Below are positions 1-9,855 of a DNA stretch of 64,000 nt, one piece after another (positions within the stretch are counted from its first letter, which is position 1; each line of letters begins with the position of its first letter). Origin of the DNA: Fistulifera solaris (lineage: Eukaryota); assembly GCA_030295235.1 (NCBI GenBank), contig AP026131.1:1426001-1490000 (forward strand), written 5' to 3'. The notes under the pieces are model-generated. The model was given only the letters and a program-made list of their open reading frames with translations, did no database searches and was not told the origin of the DNA. The position numbers and the translations under genes are program-made.

Positions 1-1443
1 AGTCTTGGTTGGATAATTTTGTGACACACGAAGATGTCCGGGAACTCAAGAGCTTGGGGTTCAATATAATCAAGGCCCCCTTGCATTATGAATTGTTTAC
101 GTTGCCCATTCAAGAAGAGCCTGTTCGTGGACAAGATACTTGGATCATGACAGGATTCGAATTAGTGGATCAGCTTTTGGAGTGGGGCGGCGGAGGAAGA
201 GATATACGTGTTGCTGGATCTTCAAGCCGCTCCGGGTGGTCAGAACTTTGACAACGCTACAGATTACGACCCCAACTTTTATTCGTTTTGGCAAGATGGT
301 GAAAATCAGCGTAAAGCGATTGCCCTGTGGCGGGAGATTGCCATGCGGTACGCCGATAATCCTTGGGTAGCGGGTTACGACCTTTTGAATTCGGTTGGAT
401 GGAATTTCGACGAATTGGATATTACCAAACATCAAAATGGCTGTGACGAAGAGACAAATGGCCCCCTTCGTTTGTTTTACAATGGAGCGATCAATGCCAT
501 TCGCGACTTCGATACAAATCATATGATTGTGCTTGCTGGAAATTGTTGGGGTACGAACCACAAGGGTCTATTTCCCATGAATGACGATAATGTAGTTTTG
601 GGTTTCCGCATGTCTTGGACGTCGTTAAAAGAAGGAGAAAAGGCGCAGAGGGATGTGCCACCAGAAGAGACCATTTTTCAGCAACTATTCGAAAGGGAGA
701 AGTACAACGTTCCATTGCTAATGACACATGCAGGCGATTTTCACAACAAATGGTACTCGGATACAACGTCCATGCTGGAAGCGAATGATATTGGCTGGAC
801 ATGGTTTACGTGGAAAAAGATGAACTCAACGGATAGTCCCTTTGAAATTTACAGCACCACTTCGTACAATACTCTGCTTTCGCACTGGGATTACAACTGC
901 GATGACATTCATCAAGAAAGCGCTTTTCGCGCGCTCATGCAAATAGCAAACAATACACAGCTCAGCAAAACAAGGCGTAACCGACCAGTCATTGAAGCCT
1001 TGCTGAATGAAGTTCGAAATTGTGACTCAGCATTGCAATATGAAGTGACAACCGCTGAGCCTAGGCGAATTGAAGGTGAAGATTTCTGTATGTCCTTGGG
1101 CGTGGCTACAGAGCTTGGAGCAGACGTCGACTCGGTCGGATCTAATGTCGGCTGGCTAAACAGTGGATCGACCATATCATACAAAATTGGAGTCGCTGTT
1201 CCGGGCACCTATAACATAAAATTTCGAATAGCCAGCCCCTCGGGCGACGGTGGTCTTACCATCCAGTCGAATGGCGTCCAGATTGGATCGTCAAGCGGAT
1301 TCACGCGAACGTATGGCTGGCAAAATTGGGCAGACGTCGACACATCAGTGGTTTTGCCCACCGGTGTACAAGTTCTTGACATTATTTCAACAGGTCCAGG
1401 TTGGAATTTGAATTGGCTAGAGCTATCGTTCGTTTCCGCTTAG
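1..1443 (+). CDS. GH5-fold (cellulase family, Bacteroidetes-type) protein with C-terminal CBM6; 5' end outside the window; apparent frameshift near 190; catalytic Glu residues substituted
   Basis: ORF 9..251 (LGFNIIKAPLHYELF) joins ORF 208..1443 (LDLQAAPGGQ, WREIAMRYADNPWVAGYDLL, GNCWG, IGWTWFTWKK). The C-terminus is CBM6-like (IEGEDF, NVGWLNSG, FRIASP, TYGWQNW, GWNLNWL). Confidence 0.88.
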
Positions 1444-1609
1444 TTTTGAATGGTTATGACTGTCCATTCGGCTTGTATCATATTATTTGATTCTTCAGCA
1501 TCACAGCAAAGGCGGTCAGTTGACCGTGTAACCAAGGCCGTAGTGACAAGAATAAGAGGCAGTCAGCTATAGCGATGTCCAGAGATACTAGAACTTTTCA
1601 TTATAAGTT

Positions 1610-3992
1610 TTAACCAATTTGACGGCTTTCCACTGTGTTATTACCTAGCAACATTTTGACAACCGACGATATTGGTTTTGCCCTGTACACCAGAGTGTTG
1701 TTGGCGATTTGCATCAAAGCACGAAAGGCGCTCTCTTCTTGGATGTTGCTGCAATTCTTGCTCCAATAATCTGCTAGTGTATTGTAGGACGTAGAACTAC
1801 CGAACTGAAAAGGCATCATTGTTGTATTGAGACCTTTCCATGTCCACCATAACCATCCCAGATCACTGGATTCCATTCTTTGAATGACACTCGCCGAAGA
1901 CTCATTAAGCTCGCCGCTGACATGCGTCATAATGACTGGCACGTTGTGTTTTTCTCTGTTTGCAATCAACGACTCTATGGTCTCCATCGCCGGTTCCATT
2001 CTGTATAAATGAAATCCAAGCGCTACATTCGTGTCATCAACCGGTAAAAGCCCTTGGTGATTCATGCCCCAACAATTGCCTGCTAATATAATCATATGGT
2101 GCTTATCAACTTCCCGGATGGCGGAAATGGCTTGTTCGTACAATGCCCGTAATGGTTTATTGGAGGTTTCGTCACAGCCATTCCAGTGTCGAGTCGCCCA
2201 TTCATCTTCTTGGAAATTCCAATCAACCGCGCTGAGCAGATCGTATCCCGCTAACCACGGATGCTCAGCATAGCGTCGGGCCAATTCTTGCCACAATGCG
2301 ATTGTTTTCCGTCTATTTTCCGCATATTCCCACAGCGAAGGGTTTTGCACATTAAAATCTGTGATGGGATCCAATCCCTGTCCTCCAGGTGCTGCCATCA
2401 TATCCAACAGTACATAGAGTTCGTGTTCCGAAGCCCAATCCATTAATTGATCCAACAAACGAAATCCTATAGCGGACCAAGTATCATATCCGGCCATCGA
2501 CTCTTCTTGTATCGGTAACGTAAAGAGTTTATAATGCAGTGGCACGCGAATGGCATTGAAACCAATTGCCTTGATCTCTTGCAAATCATATTTCGTGACA
2601 AACGATTGCAGCCAGGCTTGTTGAAAAGAACGACGAGAGTTCGTCCCTACCGTTGTTTCGACTCGTTTCCACCATTCACCCGCGGAAATGGAAGACGAAT
2701 TCATAACCAGATGCGGTGTCATCCAGCCACCCAATGCAACACCTCGTAGTAACAGAGGCTGATCTTTTGGATCACGTAAGATGGTTCCATCAGCGTGTAC
2801 AAAGCCTGTGGCCGTATCCGTAAACGATGTGGGTGTCGCTGTTGTGGGGGAAGACGAGGTAGGCGTTGCTGTAGGTTCCGCTGTTGGGAGAATGTCCTCG
2901 CTGGGTCTCGGCGTGAGAAGGCCATTGTGGGGTCTGGATGTGGGAGTCGCTGTGGGAATCTCCGCCTCCCAATCCCAACACCACCAGCGAAAATTCCATC
3001 CACCCTGTTCGACCGTCAATGTCATTGTAGTTCTTGCGGATGGCGTCAAATAGACCCATTCGGAGGATGCCTTTTCGTATTGGTACCAACTACTCGTCGC
3101 GGGCAATTGCGAAATCGTGAAGCGAATGGGTTCGGGTGCATTCTCTTCTATATTCTCTAATTCGACGCGAAAGGCTCCTTCACCACTGGGTGTGGAAACA
3201 CCAAAATGAAATTGATACCATCCTTCTCTTGGTAATGCCATATCATACACCACTAGATCCGAAGGATCCAACCAAGCCAAATTGGAAATTTCTTTTCCCT
3301 CAATGGTCATGCCTTGCACGAGACGATAGTCTCGAGCCGCTTGATACGTTTGTCTACATTCGCTGGAGGGTGTAGGAGTAATCGTCGTGTCCGGCACAAA
3401 GACGACCTTCGAGGGTGTTATCGAAGGCACCATCGAGGGTGTTATCGAAGGCTCCATCGAGGGCTCCATCGAGGGTTCCTTCGATACCTCCTCTGCGGCG
3501 GCGATGATGGTTGAATCGTTCGCAGACACAAGGATTGTAAATTAAAGCCACCTTGTAAAATCTGCAATTTCAGGGGAATCATGGCGGATTCGTTGCTCAC
3601 CGGGGGAATTGTGAATTGCGACGTCACGGATTGATAAGTATTCCAGTCGCCCGTGACAGGCATTTCGTACAAATGCGTATAATACTGTCGGGTGTCGGCA
3701 TGGACGACCATGACTTTTCCTTCTCCAGGAGGACTCGCAACCCTCCATTCGATTTCGTTATAGGAAGCAGAAGGAATTTCGTAAATAACCCAATCGTTCA
3801 CATCCAAATACCCCAATGCATCGGAAATTGGCAATACGCCTTGCATGGACGTATAATTTGTAGCCGGTACAAAAAGGTGCAGTTTTGAGCAACGGTGGCC
3901 GACGAGAAGCCCAACACGAGCACGGAAGCGACCGCTGCCGTTCTTCTCCGTTTTCGGCTGCGCTTCCCTTCACGCAAGGGTAAGAAGCTCAT
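1610..3992 (-). CDS. Secreted 2xCBM6 + GH5-fold protein, paralog of the convergent gene; apparent frameshifts near 3840 and 3500; catalytic Glu residues substituted
   Basis: Hydrophobic leader in ORF 3798..3992. CBM6 in 3442..3846 (LGYLDVNDW, RVASP, TGDWNTY, GGFNL). Second CBM6, Pro/Thr linker and GH5 (LRGVALGGW, GFNAIRVPLHY, LDMMAAPGGQ, GNCWG) in 1610..3529. Confidence 0.88.
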
Positions 3993-4441
3993 TGTTTCGA
4001 TCGTTCTTCTGCAGTGGTGACTTGAAAGGAAGCTAATAACTTTGTAAGGGACTGTTCAATGGATGCTTCCTTCTTGAGGAAAGGAAAGTCGTTGTCGTCG
4101 ATCGATCTCGTGCAAGAAAACGTGTGAAGCGGCCGAAAAGGCCCGACAAAATTGTGCTCGGAGTTTATACGAGAAGTACTCTTTGGGTGAGTGCCATCGT
4201 CGCACCGCTGCCGAAATTAACGGCGACGAAAACTCATGACGCGTGACTGACTCGTGACTGCGTCGACGCATTCTAAAGCAACTATTTCCTTCATCGAGCC
4301 AAACTAAGACCTACTTTTGTTAATAAAGGATGAATGCAGTGTTATCCAGTTTCATTATGATTACTGTTTTATGAACGCTTGTTTTGATATGCATTATAAA
4401 CCGGAGCTGGATGCACCAGCTTTGTGTAGATCGGCGCTGGT

Positions 4442-5398
4442 TTATTTCTGATACGCGACGGATCGAGCCATCCCAATGATGGGATCGTAATCGTAGACGG
4501 CGGCTCCTCCGGATTTAGGGAAACGAAAGACCAGTGTTTGTTTTCCACCGACGGTTTCTACTTTGGGATATCCGGTTGGCATTTTCACGATGCGACCATC
4601 GATGTTGATGTTTTTCGCCAACAAGAGAGGAATGCCGGCACCGAGATCACCGTTTTTAATTTTCTTGTTGCGGCCTTGAATTTCAATGCCGACATCAATG
4701 AAATCACCGGTACCGTCTTGGCAAGGACTGCACCATTTCCAATCCAACAGTTGCACAGAGAATTTGAAATCACCCGGCAAGACTTTCATCAATTCTCCGG
4801 TATTCGAAACGACTTCACCACCTTCCATCATAATGTAAGCGTCAATTTGAACGGATCCGACATTCGAGACAGCCGAAGTGAAGGAGAATGATTTGGCGTC
4901 AAGGCCGTACAAATCGGTGTCAAACAAAGAAGTAAAGGCGAACTTCTGACTAGCGAACGACTCGATGGTGTGTTTGATTTTGCCGGCCTTGCCCACAACT
5001 TTCCCGGTCTTGCCGCTCACTTCACGAAGGAAACCCATTCTCATGGTGACCGCATTGGGATCGGAAATGCCCGGATAGCGGTTGTCGTACAAGGTGATCT
5101 TGCCGCTGTTGCCGTGCGTAAAGACGGCCGTGTGAATAATGGGCTCGGGTTGTTCCGAAGGCGCTTCACTCGGACTGGAAGTAGGATTGGGGGTGGGAGC
5201 TCGAGTGGGAGCTCGCGTTGGGGCAACCGTCGGTGCTTCCGACGACAAAGTCGGTTCACTGGTGGTAACCCCGGAAGTCGGTTCATCGCTCGCCTGTACA
5301 GATGAAGGTGCAGGAGTCGGCACCTCGATAGCAATCGCTTGACTCACGAATGCGAGAAGCATGAGAGCTCTCACGAGTACTGTCATTGACGTTGCCAT
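4442..5398 (-). CDS. Secreted protein with Pro/Thr/Ser linker and a domain resembling the coral skeletal aspartic-acid-rich protein (SAARP/CARP4) core
   Basis: Signal peptide (MATSMTVLVRALMLLAFVSQAIA) and PTRA repeats. Core motifs GNSGKI, KHTIESFASQKF, KFSVQLLDWKWC, MPTGYP, FRFPK and YDPI recognised from memory. Confidence 0.6.
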   Translation of the reverse strand: MATSMTVLVRALMLLAFVSQAIAIEVPTPAPSSVQASDEPTSGVTTSEPTLSSEAPTVAPTRAPTRAPTPNPTSSPSEAPSEQPEPIIHTAVFTHGNSGKITLYDNRYPGISDPNAVTMRMGFLREVSGKTGKVVGKAGKIKHTIESFASQKFAFTSLFDTDLYGLDAKSFSFTSAVSNVGSVQIDAYIMMEGGEVVSNTGELMKVLPGDFKFSVQLLDWKWCSPCQDGTGDFIDVGIEIQGRNKKIKNGDLGAGIPLLLAKNINIDGRIVKMPTGYPKVETVGGKQTLVFRFPKSGGAAVYDYDPIIGMARSVAYQK

Positions 5399-5679
5399 TT
5401 TGAAAAGAGCCGTGCTTGTGTTGTTTTCGAGATGTTGTACGAAGCTCGATTGTATTTGTGAGAACAAGTCAAGGAAAGATGGCTGTTGAGTTCTTGAAAT
5501 AAATTGTGATCGTGAGGCCGATCTTTTACGGAGGAAAGGTAATCCTCCGGCAAAGAATATTCATTGAGACCCGTTTGGCGTTAACGGTTTCAAATGGGAG
5601 GATACACATGGGAGTGGTACTTCTTATTTTTTAGGTTGTAGGTTGTAGGTTGTAGCTGATAGTACGTAGTAGGGAGATA

Positions 5680-5758
5680 GAAACGGCGTTAAAATTCTGC
5701 CTCGCCCTAGGCTCTACGTAGAAATTTGTACTGAGAGGCAGAATTTTAACGTCCTTTC
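5680..5758. mobile_element. ~79-bp hairpin mini-element (family A), intact uninterrupted copy
   Basis: gaaacggcgttaaaattctgcctc...gaggcagaattttaacgtcctttc inverted ends. The same sequence recurs at 44887-45754 (split) and 50260-50482 (three copies). Confidence 0.85.
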
Positions 5759-6133
5759 ATACAGTACCAGGTAGCAGTTAGGTAGAAGTTAGAAGTTAAC
5801 TACACTGGTAGCGGCCTTTCGGCTTTCGGCTGAGATGATTTCCTACTGTTGGGTCATCGGTCATAGTCACAAGTCACAAAAAGACTTTAGAGGAAAATAA
5901 CCAGGACCAGGACCAGGACACAGGAGCCGAGCCCGCCCAGTTGCCAGGAGCAGGAGCCAGAGCCAGGAGCCAGGAGTGAAGACGAGGAACGAGGAACGAG
6001 GAACGATGACCAAAAGAACCAAGAACAAGAATCAAGAAATTACAACATACAACATACATGAATACAAGCACATCTCATGTCACACTTCACACTGTACTAC
6101 GTGTGTCGTATGTGACATATCACATGTTACAAG

Positions 6134-7015
6134 TAAGGACGTATAAAAATGTAAGGACGTGGAGCGTTTCTGGAGGTTTTGACACCCTGAGCGCTGAATC
6201 CCAGTCCGTCATGACACCGTTTTTCAGTACATTTCTACAGCACGTCTTGATTTTCGTACATGCGATAATTACCGGACCTGAGGAGGAGAAAACGCATCTT
6301 CATTACGTGAAATAACACGTGCAACCGACCATATTGTATTCGACTATTTTATATTGATTCTCAACTATCTTTGAATCTAATTTTTGTTTTAATCTACTTT
6401 AAATAATATTGGAATGTTGTGGTATGCTTGTTGTTCCAGGAATCAATGAAATAGCGGCTCATTAAGAAAATTTGGCTGTTGTTGCATGCACTCCTACCTT
6501 TATAAATGCACTTATTGAATCGTCTGGGGGTAAACTCCTGTATATTTTAATAGGAAAATGAAGTTTAAAAGCTATATTGTCAGTTTAATCAACTGCATCG
6601 CCATTTACCGGTTCCGCTGGTTGTGTGAACCTTGCCCATGGTCGGGGCTGGAGAATTGTTGAGAAGGCACTAGTTCAATTGTAACCTTTTCGGTCGACCA
6701 CAGAAGTATTTTCCGACCGGATCTCTCAATTGTCCTCAACTAGTGACTATAGAAGCTTTGTAGATTAAAAGATAACAATAACAATACATATTTCGATCAA
6801 AAGAGATCGTTTCTGTTGTGGTCCAAATTGCGCGCTTTTTCATGTAAATGAAGGCTCGTTTTCTCCACCGGGGTCCGGAAATTATCGCATGTACGAAAAA
6901 TAACATGGGCAAAAAACGGTGTGATAACAGACTGCGATTCAGCGCTCAGGGTGACACGGATCTATCACGGAGCTTGTGCGTGCGCCCCGCGTCCTTACAT
7001 TTTTATACGTCCTTA
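6134..7015. mobile_element. Small MITE with ~33-bp terminal inverted repeats, interrupted by the 6185-6951 element
   Basis: taaggacgtataaaaatgtaaggacgtggagcg (6134-6166) versus cgccccgcgtccttacatttttatacgtcctta (6983-7015). Confidence 0.75.
6185..6951. mobile_element. Non-autonomous TIR DNA transposon, 767 bp, with ~130-bp imperfect TIRs and a candidate 5-bp TSD (TGACA)
   Basis: Ends ccctgagcgctgaatc... and ...gattcagcgctcaggg. Subterminal IR ttttcgtacatgcgataatt(a/t)ccggacc. tgaca at 6180-6184 and 6952-6956. AT-rich core with no long ORF. Confidence 0.85.
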
Positions 7016-7879
7016 ATTACAAGTTACAAGGCTTTACATCTTATGACTTATGACTTATCGCTATCATCCATCATCCCACATCCCACCACCCTCCGTGTAC
7101 CTTGTACTCTATAATCTACGCTCATCCTACTTCTTCCGAACTCCGAACTCCGAGCAACTGAGAACCGAGCACCGAGAACCGAGAACCGAGCGCCGAAGAA
7201 CACCGAACACAGATACGCTGTAAAACGTAAAAGTACAGTGGTATGTGGTATACTTTGTAATCAATAATGACCTATGACCTATGACCAATGACGCCAAGGA
7301 CAGTACTAACGATGCGGAGTATAAGTATACAGTATACAGTGATGACGAAAAACTCAGGACTTGGCTCTTGGATCTTCCTATTTTTTTTTCATACTGAGTT
7401 AAGACAATAGACAATAGGTCTAACAAAATTTACAGACGCCCTAGACTACTCGTAGTCTAGTCTACCTTGCAGTGGCGACGACAGCAAATTTCATAACAAT
7501 AAAGAACGAAGCATTAGCGGAGTAGCTGATCAAGCTTAGCGAAGCCTGGTCTGCTGCTCTCTTTCCAATACACCGTAGTACTATATCTAGATAAGAAGAG
7601 CTAGGACGATTAATTCCGTTGCATAGTTTCGAGTTGAAAGTTCCACCTTTCATAACACCAACTGATCTTTTGTCCATGCGATGGCAAGAACTAGGTTTAC
7701 CAAGAAGAGCTCTAAAGCGGCCAATATTTCATGACTACCCAGCTGAAATCACATACACCATGCTTCCATGTACGTCAGGAGATGTTATAATGGATGCTTG
7801 TCATATGCGAACCGCCAATCCACTTGCAGCTTCGTTCACCTGTTATTTGGATTGTTTCTTTTATCTGTCAACAACTTTC

Positions 7880-9283
7880 TTAAAAGGGTGAGGAACAGTC
7901 GTGAGGCGGCCGCACTGGTGCTTCAGAGTTAGTTCTCGTAAACGTCGCTGCTGCCGTCGGTTCCATCGTCGGTGGACCAGGAATCTGGAACGGTGGTACC
8001 TCAGAAGTGGTTTCTCGAAAGCAAAGAGATTGTAAATTCCAACCATCACTGTAGATTTTCATTTCGAGTTGATATGGTGTAGCTGTCGAGGTAGGCAAAG
8101 CAAGAACGGTACTGGCGACTTGCCAGGTTGTCCAGTTTCCCGTCATGGGTAATTTGTTTTGCAGCATCAACGGTGTTTGTGATGCGGCATCGAGCAACAA
8201 AAATGATCCCATTCCTTCAGGACTGGCGACTACAGTGTCTAATTGATATGTTCCGGATGGTAAAGTAGCATTGTAAACGATCCAATCTCCCGCGTCCAAA
8301 TAACCCACGTAATCTGTACCCACTTCGTAGCTCACACCTGACATAGAAGTATAGTCAGATGCATTCATGAACAAGCTGCACTCGTCAGGACTGTTCACAG
8401 GCGGAAGTATGGAGGTAAGTGGAACAGAGACGGGAGTCGTTACGGGGGCAATGGGCTTAGATACCGGTGCCGCAACTGGTATTACGACAGGAGCCATCAC
8501 CGGAGACGCCACAGGAACCGTGACAGGTGCTGAAACTGGAGCGAAGAGAGGAGGCATCGCTTCTGGCGCCATTGGAATGACCACTGAAGGGATGACCGGA
8601 GCAAGAGGAGCTGCCATAGGAGCACTTGTCAACACTGCCGGAGCAGTCGTCAGTGATGTTACTGTCGGAGCAGTGGTTTCTGAGACTGGTGGCATTACGG
8701 GAGCCATCGTTGTCGAGACATTAGGTGACGAAACAACATCCATCGGCAACAAATTCATCCATTGCAAACTCCATCCTCCTTGATCGACAAAGAATTCGAT
8801 GGTATGCAATCCCACGGGCAAGGTCAAATTCGTGGAAACTGTCGTCCAGGCACTGCCTGAAAAAGGCAGATCCGAAAATGTCGCCAAAACCGCACGCGTG
8901 TCAACCGAAACCACACGCACCGATCCCCCTTCCGCCGCGGACGAAATCCGCAACGACAACTGATACAATCCTTCCTCGGGTATCCCCAAGACATAGCGCA
9001 ACCAGTCATTTTGTTGTAAATTTATGACGCTCTTCGTTCCTTCGGACGATACAGCTACCGTGGCTGTACTGGGTGTTTGTGTAAAAGATGCTGTAGCATA
9101 ATCGGCGGCCGAAATAAGACTGGTAAAAGCCGGATGTTGGGAGCCCCATTGCAGTTGTCGTGTGTGTTGTGGGAAGGATTGCGTTCGTCGTCGCCGTACG
9201 GACTCTGTGTCGCCGTATGGACACGTAGCATTGACTGCCAAAGCAGTAATTGTGAGAATGATTGCAGATACAAGGGCCGTCAT
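7880..9283 (-). CDS. Secreted protein with two CBM6 modules and a Pro/Val/Thr-rich linker, no catalytic domain; 3' end uncertain
   Basis: Signal peptide MTALVSAIILTITALAVNA and RQLQ motif. CBM6 motifs NDWLRY..LRISS..QGGWSLQW and VGYLDAGDW..VASP..TGNWTTW..DGWNL. Confidence 0.82.
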   Translation of the reverse strand: MTALVSAIILTITALAVNATCPYGDTESVRRRRTQSFPQHTRQLQWGSQHPAFTSLISAADYATASFTQTPSTATVAVSSEGTKSVINLQQNDWLRYVLGIPEEGLYQLSLRISSAAEGGSVRVVSVDTRAVLATFSDLPFSGSAWTTVSTNLTLPVGLHTIEFFVDQGGWSLQWMNLLPMDVVSSPNVSTTMAPVMPPVSETTAPTVTSLTTAPAVLTSAPMAAPLAPVIPSVVIPMAPEAMPPLFAPVSAPVTVPVASPVMAPVVIPVAAPVSKPIAPVTTPVSVPLTSILPPVNSPDECSLFMNASDYTSMSGVSYEVGTDYVGYLDAGDWIVYNATLPSGTYQLDTVVASPEGMGSFLLLDAASQTPLMLQNKLPMTGNWTTWQVASTVLALPTSTATPYQLEMKIYSDGWNLQSLCFRETTSEVPPFQIPGPPTMEPTAAATFTRTNSEAPVRPPHDCSSPF

Positions 9284-9855
9284 TCGTCTGTTTGAAAGAA
9301 GTAAATATGGGGAGACTTGGTAGGAATCGCTCTCTCACGCGACAAGCTCGATCTGGAAAATTGAAAAGAAAGGTTCGTCTTTTCTTTCAGGGACAACAAG
9401 ACTTCTTGTAACAAGGGATAACAAAAGGACCGAAGGTGTTGATGCGAAAGAAAAAGCCATCGGCATCATCTCGCAACAATAGGCTTCGCGGGCATTTTCT
9501 GGACTTTTTACAGCTCGTTCTTTTGGCAAACAGTCAAAGTCCACCATACTCAAATGTTTATACTAAAATCAACTCCAAACTTCAAGGGCCTTATTGGGCT
9601 GAAATCATCATCGTGAATGAGCTTTCCGTGATTAAAATGTTGCATTCCATCCGTCCGTCGCTCGTATGTTCTGATCCGAAGCCAACAAAATGCGAGGAGC
9701 ACGTTTCCACTTGCGCATCGTTCCATAATCCATTCGAGCAAGAGGAGACGAGTGGATAATTTTCTTTGCTATAGACCAATCACTCAATCTTCTTTGCGTT
9801 TTAGCATACTCTAACGACTGATTTCGAGATACGAGCGCAAAAAAGTTGCGGAAGA

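Noticed and set aside
7441..7460. Hairpin ctagactac-tc-gtagtctag as a Helitron 3' end
   Set aside because: No matching 5' end or second copy in the window.
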